A stretch of 64,000 bases of DNA. It comes from a bacterium (GTDB lineage: Bacteria; Patescibacteriota; Minisyncoccia; UBA6257; WO2-44-18). Numbering within the stretch: the stretch's first letter is position 1; the number at the start of each line of letters is the position of its first letter. The notes under the pieces were generated by a model. That model was not told the DNA's origin, ran no database searches, and worked only from the letters and a program-made list of their open reading frames with translations. Location of the stretch: contig JAUSKF010000002.1 in the NCBI GenBank assembly GCA_030646995.1, positions 76,092 through 140,091 of the forward strand. The letters run 5' to 3'. Both the position numbers and the translations under genes were made by a program. Below, one piece after another: positions 19,372 to 27,153 of this stretch.

Positions 19372-19788
19372 TCAGTTTAGCAAACCACGCTTCTTGAGCT
19401 CTGGGTACAACTTATCAATTAGCGCATCATGAAAGGCATCTAAGACCAACGGACCCGAAATAGCCGCTTCTTTAGCGGCATGTTGAATGCCTTTATGCCA
19501 AGCAAGGTCGAGTAATTTCTCCACTTTTAGCTTCACGTCTGCCGGCTCCGATTGCATATACTCGGGAAGGGGGCTATTGGCAGATGGCGCTGGAGTCGCA
19601 GGCTGAGGCGCTGTTGGCTGGCCGGCCGCTCCCGATGAAGAAGACATTTTTTCTTTCAGGACTGATTGCAAAGCCTGTCTCCCCTGCTCGGAAAGCCCGC
19701 GTTCTTTTATCTCGCTGGTGAGTTCTTTGATATCCTGCTCGATTATTGAATGCTCTGTTGGTTCTGCAAATTTTTCTGCCATACGCAA
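19372..19788 (-). CDS. hypothetical protein (138 aa, Pro/Ala-rich linker), first gene of the ATPase operon
   Basis: ORF; operon context. Confidence 0.45.
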   Translation of the reverse strand: MRMAEKFAEPTEHSIIEQDIKELTSEIKERGLSEQGRQALQSVLKEKMSSSSGAAGQPTAPQPATPAPSANSPLPEYMQSEPADVKLKVEKLLDLAWHKGIQHAAKEAAISGPLVLDAFHDALIDKLYPELKKRGLLN

Positions 19789-19811
19789 ATTATAAGTTTT
19801 CTAAAAATTTT

Positions 19812-19858
19812 AAGCAAAAGAAAATCCCCATAGCATCTTTGATACTATGGGGATTTTA
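19812..19858 (-). terminator. rho-independent terminator for the small membrane-protein gene
   Basis: AAATCCCCATAG...CTATGGGGATTT 12-bp stem, T-run on the minus strand. Confidence 0.65.
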
Positions 19859-19879
19859 CGGCGCCTACGCTGGCGTGTT

Positions 19880-20068
19880 TCATTCGGCCTCCTTTTTGGA
19901 AAAAAAGCACCAACCGACCCAGCAACCGGCGACTCCGCCGATTACCGCTCCGATCACGATCCCCACCCACGGCATCGGGTAGCTGTAGGCCAGCGGCTTT
20001 GCCGCGGCCATCAGCGCTCCGCTCGCCGCGCCGAGCACCGTCAACATCACCTTCAGTTTGCGTCTCAC
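19880..20068 (-). CDS. small membrane protein (62 aa, Gly-zipper TM helices)
   Basis: Two hydrophobic helices; GGGAGAG RBS upstream. Confidence 0.4.
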   Translation of the reverse strand: MRRKLKVMLTVLGAASGALMAAAKPLAYSYPMPWVGIVIGAVIGGVAGCWVGWCFFSKKEAE

Positions 20069-20434
20069 ACGAGTCTCTCCCTAGATAAAACTCTGTTTTG
20101 TCGGGCGACCAATCCACAATGGATTGGTTTAGCCTTTCCTAATTACTGTTTGCAAGTATAGCGGAAAATTTCCCCCTTGTCAAGGGCTCATCGGCATTTC
20201 TTTCAGGAACCCGGTCCGGCTAGAAAAAATAGATTCGCTCCGGTTGATTTTTGGGATAAATTGAACAGCTCCCGTTCCTCCCTTCGGGATTTTCCGGCCA
20301 TTCAATTTTTTAACCAAAAATCTGTCCTGCGCTCATTATTTTGGGCTAGCCTCCCCTTGTGGTTCCTTACAAAGAAATGCCGATTCGCTTTGTTCTATAA
20401 ACGACGCCCTAATCGCTAGTGCCTGCCGCAGTTT

Positions 20435-21085
20435 TTATTTGCGCCGCATTACATAAAAATGCACCGAAGCTCCTTGCTGATTGCCACTCTTGTGAACAAT
20501 TCTTTCCAGTATCTCAAAGTAGCTTCCATACAACACCTCCACTTGCTGTGGCGATACGGCAATTTTTTTGATCCACTCCTCCACCCCCGGCATTGGATCA
20601 TCTTCGCTTTCTTTGCCGAACGTTTCAAAAAAGTAGTACCCGCCACTAGCTTGAACCTCCGCCAACTGCTCGATAAAAGAACTTTTCTCGTCGCCAATTA
20701 AAAATTGCGAACTTAAAAGGTCTAAAACAACGTCATATCTACGGGCCGCAATTTCTTTAATTTTTGCGAGGGCTGAAAAGTCTCCAACGAAAAACTCACT
20801 TTTTGCTCCCGCCGACTTAGCTTTTTCTCTTGCTTCAGTAATTGCAACTTCGGAAATATCTATGCCAACTGTTTCAAATCCATTTTTAGCGAAAAAAATT
20901 GATTTATCACCCACGCCACAACCGATATCCAACAATAATCCGCCTGATAATTTATATTTTTTTATCAGTTCTAGAAAAAAATCCGCTCTTTCGCCGCCCC
21001 AAACCGCAACCCCCTTTTTCTGCTTGTAGAAATCATTCCATATCATAACCTTGGTAACGTCCACTTTCGAAACGGCAACCAACAT
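20435..21085 (-). CDS. class I SAM-dependent methyltransferase
   Basis: Motif I LLDIGCGVGDKS; start uncertain (track ORF starts 21142, internal Met at 21085). Confidence 0.65.
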   Translation of the reverse strand: MLVAVSKVDVTKVMIWNDFYKQKKGVAVWGGERADFFLELIKKYKLSGGLLLDIGCGVGDKSIFFAKNGFETVGIDISEVAITEAREKAKSAGAKSEFFVGDFSALAKIKEIAARRYDVVLDLLSSQFLIGDEKSSFIEQLAEVQASGGYYFFETFGKESEDDPMPGVEEWIKKIAVSPQQVEVLYGSYFEILERIVHKSGNQQGASVHFYVMRRK

Positions 21086-21178
21086 GCAACTTCCTTTCAA
21101 AGTTTCTAGCAAGATTATAGCCACGATAAGGAAAAATGACAATGGCTCGGTCTAATTACTTACAAGAACTCGATCCTC

Positions 21179-21327
21179 CAAAGCGCAGGGAATAGTTTCG
21201 AGGAACATGCCGGAGGCGATTTTGCTTGGTTCGTTTGTTAATACAAACGAAAAATCGCCGAGGGAGAGGCAAATTTGCTCGCTGGAAGCAAATTATGCCG
21301 TTTCCGAGGGGCTATTCCCGGAGCCCC
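21179..21327 (-). repeat. 149-bp full-length member of the structured repeat family
   Basis: Reverse complement aligns end to end with 58299-58439 except for a different-sequence central hairpin; abuts the ychF stop codon. Confidence 0.7.
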
Positions 21328-22346
21328 TATCCGTGACGGAATTCGGTAACGTCCCCATCCTGAAACACATATTCTTTTCCTTCTAAGCGGAGCCAGCCTT
21401 TTTGCTTGGCAGAGCTCCAAGAACCGGCTTCTAATAGTTTTTGCCAGTTGATGACTTCAGCTCGGATGAATTTCTTTTCAAAATCGGTGTGAATAGCGCC
21501 GGCGGCTTGCGGAGCTTTGCTTCCCTGTCGGATCGTCCAGGCGCGAGATTCATCTGGTCCGGTAGTGAAGAAGCTCATTAGGCCGAGGATTTCATAAGCT
21601 TTTTTCACCAGCTCTGGAATTTCAGCGGCAGAAGAAAGATCAGACACCACATATCCCGCTCCCCTTTCGGCAATCTTTCCCTTCAAATCTTCAGACACAT
21701 CCTCCGGTTTGCCGTTCAATAAATAAACCTGCTTTTTCGCGGTGAGCAAATTTAGAGCGGAAACTTTTTCATTCTCCAAAGCCTCGGCAAATTCCGGAGT
21801 AGCCAAATTTTTCCCGGACTCCAATGCTTCTTTAACTTTTTTAATTGCTTCAAAATCTTTGATTGCCTGCTTTTGCGCGGGCCCGCCGGTTTTCGTGTCG
21901 CCTTCCGCTTTTTTATAAACTTTTTCTATTGAATCCAAATCTTTCAACCCCAGCTCGGCGTTGATAATCTCCATATCCCGAATTGGGTCAACCGAATTTT
22001 CCACGTGAATAATTTCACTACTCTGAAAAACACGAAGCACCATCAAGACCGCGTTGGTTTCGCGGATGTGGGTCAAAAATTTATTTCCCAAACCCTCTCC
22101 AGCACTCGCGCCCTTCACCAAACCGGCAATGTCGTAGAACTCCACTATGGCAGGAATGGTTTTCGCTGACTTACTCATTTCTGTAAGCTTGCTCAAACGC
22201 TCATCAGGAACGGTAACCACGCCTACATTCGGATCAATTGTGCAAAAGGGATAGTTGGCAATATTTACGTCATTTTTCGTGAGTATTTTAAAGAGCGTGG
22301 ACTTCCCCACGTTCGGCATCCCCACGATTCCGATAGATAATTTCAT
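21327..22346 (-). CDS. ychF: redox-regulated ATPase YchF (Obg-like GTPase family)
   Basis: MKLSIGIVGMPNVGKSTLF...NYPFCTIDPNVG; start set at the internal Met. Confidence 0.85.
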   Translation of the reverse strand: MKLSIGIVGMPNVGKSTLFKILTKNDVNIANYPFCTIDPNVGVVTVPDERLSKLTEMSKSAKTIPAIVEFYDIAGLVKGASAGEGLGNKFLTHIRETNAVLMVLRVFQSSEIIHVENSVDPIRDMEIINAELGLKDLDSIEKVYKKAEGDTKTGGPAQKQAIKDFEAIKKVKEALESGKNLATPEFAEALENEKVSALNLLTAKKQVYLLNGKPEDVSEDLKGKIAERGAGYVVSDLSSAAEIPELVKKAYEILGLMSFFTTGPDESRAWTIRQGSKAPQAAGAIHTDFEKKFIRAEVINWQKLLEAGSWSSAKQKGWLRLEGKEYVFQDGDVTEFRHG

Positions 22347-22419
22347 TCGCTTGATTATAGCCGATTTCAGTGGCAAAATAAAGCACGTTCGTTGAAAACT
22401 ACAAAGAACAGGAGGCGGG

Positions 22420-23532
22420 ATGAAACGAATCGTTCTGACTGGCGGACCTTGCGGTGGAAAAACCACAGGGAAAGAATATGTACGGGAAAAGCTGTTGAAT
22501 TATGGCCGCTCCCCTATCTTCGTTCCGGAGGTGGCAACACTAATCATTGGGTGCGGATTGAATCCTGGAGAACTGTCTCCGGAACAATATTTCGAATTCC
22601 AAAAACTTATCTTCAGCACCCAAATGAAATTTGAGGATGATATTTTCCTCAAAGCAGTAGAGATTAAAGCATCAAAAAAACCGATGATTATAATGGATCG
22701 GGGATTGATGGATGCCAAGGCTTATATGACTCCGGAAATGTTTGAGGCAGTGCTGAAAGATCACGGAATGGACGAAGTAGAGGCGCGGGATAAGCGTTAT
22801 GATGGCGTATTTCATTTGTCTACTGTAGCTGATGGCAAGCCAGAACTTTATAGTCAGGCAAATAATCCCTCCCGATTGGAAAAAACCCCGGAAGAAGCGG
22901 TATCTGCCGATCACAAGACGCGCAATGCCTGGCTTGGCCATCCGCATTTGCGAGTCATCGACAATTCCACAGACTTTGATCAGAAGATGAATCGTCTGTT
23001 GAACGAAATTCGGAGGTTGCTGGGAGATCCGGTTGCAATCGAAACCGAACGCAGTTTCGTGGTTCACGGAGGATTTCAGCTTCAGAAAATTCCTATTCCG
23101 TTCAAAAAAATCCACATCGAACAAGTTTATCTGAAGGGGAAAGCGGGAGAAGAAAGCCGGATACGCAGACGCAGTCAGGAAGATGCCGGTTCCGTCTACT
23201 ACGAAACCAGGAAACTGCCGGCCATTTCCGCCGCTTCTCGGCCGGAAAATGAATGGCAAATCTCCGCGAGGGAATACGCCAGCAAGCTTAGCTTGGCGAG
23301 TCCGGACCACGACATTGTCCGGAAAAATCGCTTCTGCTTCTTGTACAAAAATCAGTACTTTGAACTTGATAGGATTTTGGAACCGAAGCGACTATTTGGA
23401 CTCGTGCGCTTGGAAATTGAACTCACCGAAGAGAACGATAAGGTGGAAATTCCCGACTGGCTCGGGAAAGTCGAGGAAGTAACCGGCAATCCGAAGTGGA
23501 GCAACTACGAACTGTCCCGAAGGCCGAAGTAA
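22420..23532 (+). CDS. fusion protein: N-terminal P-loop nucleoside/nucleotide-kinase-like domain + C-terminal CYTH (triphosphate tunnel) domain
   Basis: IVLTGGPCGGKTT Walker A; C-terminal IETERSFVV...LEIELTE matches the CYTH ExExK start and closing acidic strands. Confidence 0.5.
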   Translation: MKRIVLTGGPCGGKTTGKEYVREKLLNYGRSPIFVPEVATLIIGCGLNPGELSPEQYFEFQKLIFSTQMKFEDDIFLKAVEIKASKKPMIIMDRGLMDAKAYMTPEMFEAVLKDHGMDEVEARDKRYDGVFHLSTVADGKPELYSQANNPSRLEKTPEEAVSADHKTRNAWLGHPHLRVIDNSTDFDQKMNRLLNEIRRLLGDPVAIETERSFVVHGGFQLQKIPIPFKKIHIEQVYLKGKAGEESRIRRRSQEDAGSVYYETRKLPAISAASRPENEWQISAREYASKLSLASPDHDIVRKNRFCFLYKNQYFELDRILEPKRLFGLVRLEIELTEENDKVEIPDWLGKVEEVTGNPKWSNYELSRRPK

Positions 23533-23540
23533 AAAAACAA

Positions 23541-23566
23541 CCCCCTCATTGAGGGGGTTTTTGTTG
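23541..23566 (+). terminator. rho-independent terminator
   Basis: CCCCCTC-ATT-GAGGGGG + TTTTTGTT. Confidence 0.7.
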
Positions 23567-23629
23567 CCAAAGCTATTTTTTTCTGGTAAAATAACTCCGG
23601 TTACTTTTACAAGAAAAGAGGAGGCTAGA

Positions 23630-24910
23630 ATGAACCGCGCAGTAATCGTGGACGGAGTACGAACTCCTTTTATGAAGGCGGGCTCGCTGACGAGTCTGCG
23701 GGCAACTACTCTGGGATGCGACGTAATCGAACATTTGCATCTGAATCTTCATGGGTTCCGGCTCGAGGACATTGATTTGGTAATTGGCGCCAACGTCGGC
23801 AACCAAGTTCTCCCCCCCGACGGTTCTAATCTGACCCGCCTGATTGCCTTAAAAGCAGGGATTCCAATAAAAGTTCCGGCTTTTACGGTAAATATCAATT
23901 GCGCTAGCGGCCTTCATGCCATTTTGACAGCGGTGAAAGAGGTGGAGCTGGGTCTGGCGAATTGCGTATTGGTGGTAGCGGTAGAAGTAATGTCGGATTA
24001 CACCGCCGCCTACAGCCGTAAACAGCGGCAGAAATTCGCTAATCTCCTGACAGCATCGAGAAGTAAATCGCTTTTGAAAAAGCTTTCATCCACCGCTTCA
24101 GCGCTTGTGAAAGTAAAGATTATGAAGCATGACCCGCAGTGGATGATTAAACTCGGTTTGACCGATCCGTCCTGTAATTTGAGTATGGATAAGGTTTCCG
24201 ACAAGATTGCCGAGAAATACAAAATTTCCCGAGAAGAGCTGGATCTCTATGCTCTGGAGTCTCACCGAAGAGCAAATAATGCATCAGATCGTTTGCGCGG
24301 AGAAATGTGTTCATTCACCCTGAATGGAAAAAAAGAGCTGCCGTGGTTCTATGATGACGGCGTTCGGCCAAATCAGACTTTGGCGGCACTCGCGAAATTG
24401 AAACCGCTGAATGAAGGCGGGGTCACGACCGCAGGAAATTCCTCCCAGATCACTGACGGCGCCGTGGCATTCCTAATCGCCAACAAAGAATGGGCAGCAG
24501 CAAGAAAGCTTCCTGTGCTAGCCGCGATGAGTTCTAAAAATTCTGCGGCCTGCGGCTGTGAACCCTCGATGATGGGTCTCGGGCCGGTCGGCGCTATCTC
24601 TAAGTTGAGGGCGCAGGGTTGGACCAAGATGAGTGATTTCTCTGTTGTGGAGACCAATGAAGCTTTCGCTTCTGTGGTGCTCGCTCAGTCGAAGATGCTC
24701 AAAGAGATTGGAATGGGTCCGCTTGATTGGGATCGCACCAACGTAAATGGCGGCGCGATCGCTATCGGCCATCCGATCTCCGCAAGTGGTGCCAGACTGG
24801 TGTTGACCTGCGCGAAAGAACTTCAGCGACGCAATCAGCAATATGGCCTCGTGACACTTTGTGTCGGTGGCGGCCAGGGTGTCGCGGCAGTGATTGAAAA
24901 CAATGAGTAG
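23630..24910 (+). CDS. fadA: acetyl-CoA C-acyltransferase / 3-ketoacyl-CoA thiolase (FadA-type)
   Basis: Thiolase N-terminus VIVDGVRTPF, active-site region NINCASGL, C-terminal NVNGGAIAIGHP and CVGGGQG; GAGGAGG RBS. Confidence 0.8.
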   Translation: MNRAVIVDGVRTPFMKAGSLTSLRATTLGCDVIEHLHLNLHGFRLEDIDLVIGANVGNQVLPPDGSNLTRLIALKAGIPIKVPAFTVNINCASGLHAILTAVKEVELGLANCVLVVAVEVMSDYTAAYSRKQRQKFANLLTASRSKSLLKKLSSTASALVKVKIMKHDPQWMIKLGLTDPSCNLSMDKVSDKIAEKYKISREELDLYALESHRRANNASDRLRGEMCSFTLNGKKELPWFYDDGVRPNQTLAALAKLKPLNEGGVTTAGNSSQITDGAVAFLIANKEWAAARKLPVLAAMSSKNSAACGCEPSMMGLGPVGAISKLRAQGWTKMSDFSVVETNEAFASVVLAQSKMLKEIGMGPLDWDRTNVNGGAIAIGHPISASGARLVLTCAKELQRRNQQYGLVTLCVGGGQGVAAVIENNE

Positions 24911-24916
24911 CCCCAT

Positions 24917-24951
24917 CCCCGTGTTCAACGCGTTGAACACGGGGATTTTTT
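24917..24951 (+). terminator. rho-independent terminator, member of the CAACGCGTTG hairpin family
   Basis: CCCCGTGTTCAACGCGTTGAACACGGGG perfect 28-nt palindrome + TTTTTT. Confidence 0.75.
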
Positions 24952-24953
24952 AT

Positions 24954-24989
24954 ATAACACTTATGTCCTGGTCAGGATATAAGTGTTAT
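24954..24989. promoter_or_regulatory. 36-bp near-perfect palindrome (candidate operator) between fadA terminator and fadB start
   Basis: ATAACACTTAT-GTCCTGGTCAGGAT-ATAAGTGTTAT, nested inner palindrome TCCTG..CAGGA. Confidence 0.4.
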
Positions 24990-25064
24990 ATTTTCATTCT
25001 TGATTTTTCGTTGAGTTCCTGTTATTTTAAGTTCGGTTCGTTCACAAACGAAAGGGAGAAAATA

Positions 25065-27080
25065 ATGAGTAAGTTCTGGAAATGTTCGACCGACGAAGAA
25101 GGAAATATGGTTGCCGAGCTTGATCTCGGACCGGATGAAAAGCAAAACCTTTTGCGGGCGGAAGTTCTGAAGGAATTGAACGTCATTTTGTCTACGAACA
25201 ACCCGAAGTGTCTGATTATCACGACTGCCAAGCCGCACAGTTTCTGCGCGGGCGCGGATGTCGGAGAAATCAACGCTTTGGCGAACGGGAAACAGGAACA
25301 TCTGGTAGCAGCTCTCGAGAGTATGCATGCGCTTCTGCTGAAGATTCGCAATTCCTCTTATCCAATCGTGGCCGCGACTTCCGGAGAATGTCTGGGGGGC
25401 GGAACCGAACTAGTACTCGCCTGCCACAAGCGCATTGCCGCAAGACACCCTAAGACGCGCTTCGGCTTGCCTGAAGTGATGCTGGGAGTGATTCCCGGTT
25501 TCGGTGGAACACAGCTGTTGCCAAAGTTGGTCGGAGTCCGGAAAGCAATGGAAGTGATTGTTGGCCAGAGGAAGCTCTCGGCTGATGATGCTCTCAAATG
25601 CGGATTAGTGGACAAAGTTGTGATTCCGGAACTGCTAATCGTGGAGGCAAAAAAAATTGCGTTTGAAGAAACGGAACGTAAGAAACTTTCGTGGGTAGAC
25701 AGAATCGGCGCCGTTCGTGATTTCGTGATGAGAATGGCAAAAAAGCAGACTCTGAAAGCCACGAAAGGTGTCTACCCTGCTCCGATGAAAGCCATCGAAG
25801 CAATCGATTTCAGCGACGCCAATCTGGAAGACGGTTTGGCCCGTGAAGGCCAACTCTTCCTCGAATGCGCCGCGACGATGGAGTCCGCCAGCTTGCGGGA
25901 TATTTTTCTGAAACAGCGCGAGGCAAAATCCAAAGATTGGATTGGTGTCAATCCGCCATCCGCCCATTCTGGCGGAGGCGGAACTCCTCCGGAAAAAGTA
26001 CTTATGCTCGGTGCCGGCGTAATGGGACGCGCAATCGCTTACGCCGTTCTGGCGGGAGGCGTGAGGGTGAACCTGCACGATATGAGTTCAAAAGCGATTC
26101 ACGAAGCGGTATTGTTCATCGAAGGACAGCTCGCTAAAGAAGTCAAAAAGAGCAAGCTCTCGCTTGAGAAAGCGCAGGGCATGCGCGATCGGCTGATTGT
26201 CAGCTACGGCGATGAGCCGACGATCGATGGCGTGGATTTCGTGATTGAGGCGATCGTGGAAGATCTGACCATCAAGCCGCGGGTTCTAGCCGAGCTGGAA
26301 AAGAAACTTCCGGAGAATGCGGTCATCGCCACCAACACTTCTTCGCTCCTGCCGAGCGATATTGCCGCTCCCCTGACTCGCAAAGACAAGTTCTGCGCGA
26401 TGCACTTCTTCAACCCGGCCCACAAAATGGACCTGGTAGAGATCGTTGGCACGGCGGAAACTTCCAAAGAAACTCTGGCAAAAACGCTGGCGCTCATCAA
26501 AGCGATGGGTAAGACCCCGATCCTTTTGGATAAGGAATGCGCCGGCTTGCTGGTGAATCGAGTACTGGTGCGTGGAATGGCTAAGGCGCTTGATTGTCTA
26601 TTGTCGGGAGAAGATCCTTGGGAAATAGACATGGCGCTCGAAGGGGCCGGAATGGTTATGGGTCCGTTCAAAACCATCGACCTCGTCGGCTTCGACATTG
26701 CCTACCACGTGATGAAGATGATGGGCCACTACTATCCGGAGATTTACGGGAAAACAGAAGTCGGCAATCTGGAGCTGCACAAGTTTAAGGACATACTCGG
26801 TCAGAAAACCGGTAAAGGTTTCTATGTCTGGGAGAACAACAAAGCCGTAAAGCCCAACAAGGAAATTTTGAAGAAGTTCGGCTGGGAGTTGTTCCCACAT
26901 GACAAAGAAATCGGAGCATTGGACTGCTGTCATTTGATCCGCAAAGAAATGAACGAAGAAGCGATGGCGCTCGTTAGCGAACGCATCTGCTCCGATCCGA
27001 ATATGATTGACCTCTCGCTGGTACTGGGTGCCGGACTCTTCCCGAACCGGCGCGGACTGCTGAAAAATCCGATCATCTAA
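25065..27080 (+). CDS. fadB: multifunctional fatty-acid oxidation protein (enoyl-CoA hydratase + 3-hydroxyacyl-CoA dehydrogenase, FadB/FadJ-like)
   Basis: N-terminal crotonase fold, then GAGVMGRAIA Rossmann NAD site, 3HCDH C-terminal domain; AAAGGGAG RBS. Confidence 0.8.
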   Translation: MSKFWKCSTDEEGNMVAELDLGPDEKQNLLRAEVLKELNVILSTNNPKCLIITTAKPHSFCAGADVGEINALANGKQEHLVAALESMHALLLKIRNSSYPIVAATSGECLGGGTELVLACHKRIAARHPKTRFGLPEVMLGVIPGFGGTQLLPKLVGVRKAMEVIVGQRKLSADDALKCGLVDKVVIPELLIVEAKKIAFEETERKKLSWVDRIGAVRDFVMRMAKKQTLKATKGVYPAPMKAIEAIDFSDANLEDGLAREGQLFLECAATMESASLRDIFLKQREAKSKDWIGVNPPSAHSGGGGTPPEKVLMLGAGVMGRAIAYAVLAGGVRVNLHDMSSKAIHEAVLFIEGQLAKEVKKSKLSLEKAQGMRDRLIVSYGDEPTIDGVDFVIEAIVEDLTIKPRVLAELEKKLPENAVIATNTSSLLPSDIAAPLTRKDKFCAMHFFNPAHKMDLVEIVGTAETSKETLAKTLALIKAMGKTPILLDKECAGLLVNRVLVRGMAKALDCLLSGEDPWEIDMALEGAGMVMGPFKTIDLVGFDIAYHVMKMMGHYYPEIYGKTEVGNLELHKFKDILGQKTGKGFYVWENNKAVKPNKEILKKFGWELFPHDKEIGALDCCHLIRKEMNEEAMALVSERICSDPNMIDLSLVLGAGLFPNRRGLLKNPII

Positions 27081-27089
27081 TAACCTCAA

Positions 27090-27116
27090 GCCCCCTTTTC
27101 AAAGGGGGTTTTTTGT
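27090..27116 (+). terminator. rho-independent terminator
   Basis: CCCCCTT-TTCAA-AGGGGG + TTTTTTGTTTT. Confidence 0.7.
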
Positions 27117-27153
27117 TTTAAAATAGCTTCGGTTCCTTAATAAGGAGAAAGAC

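Noticed and set aside
20100-20435. RNase P RNA or tmRNA in the 330-bp spacer
   Set aside because: Only a weak resemblance to CR-V (GAACCCGG). No CR-I or CR-IV motifs, no tRNA-like ends.
21238-21420. 60-aa ORF
   Set aside because: Lies entirely within the 149-bp structured repeat and the ychF 3' end. Spurious.
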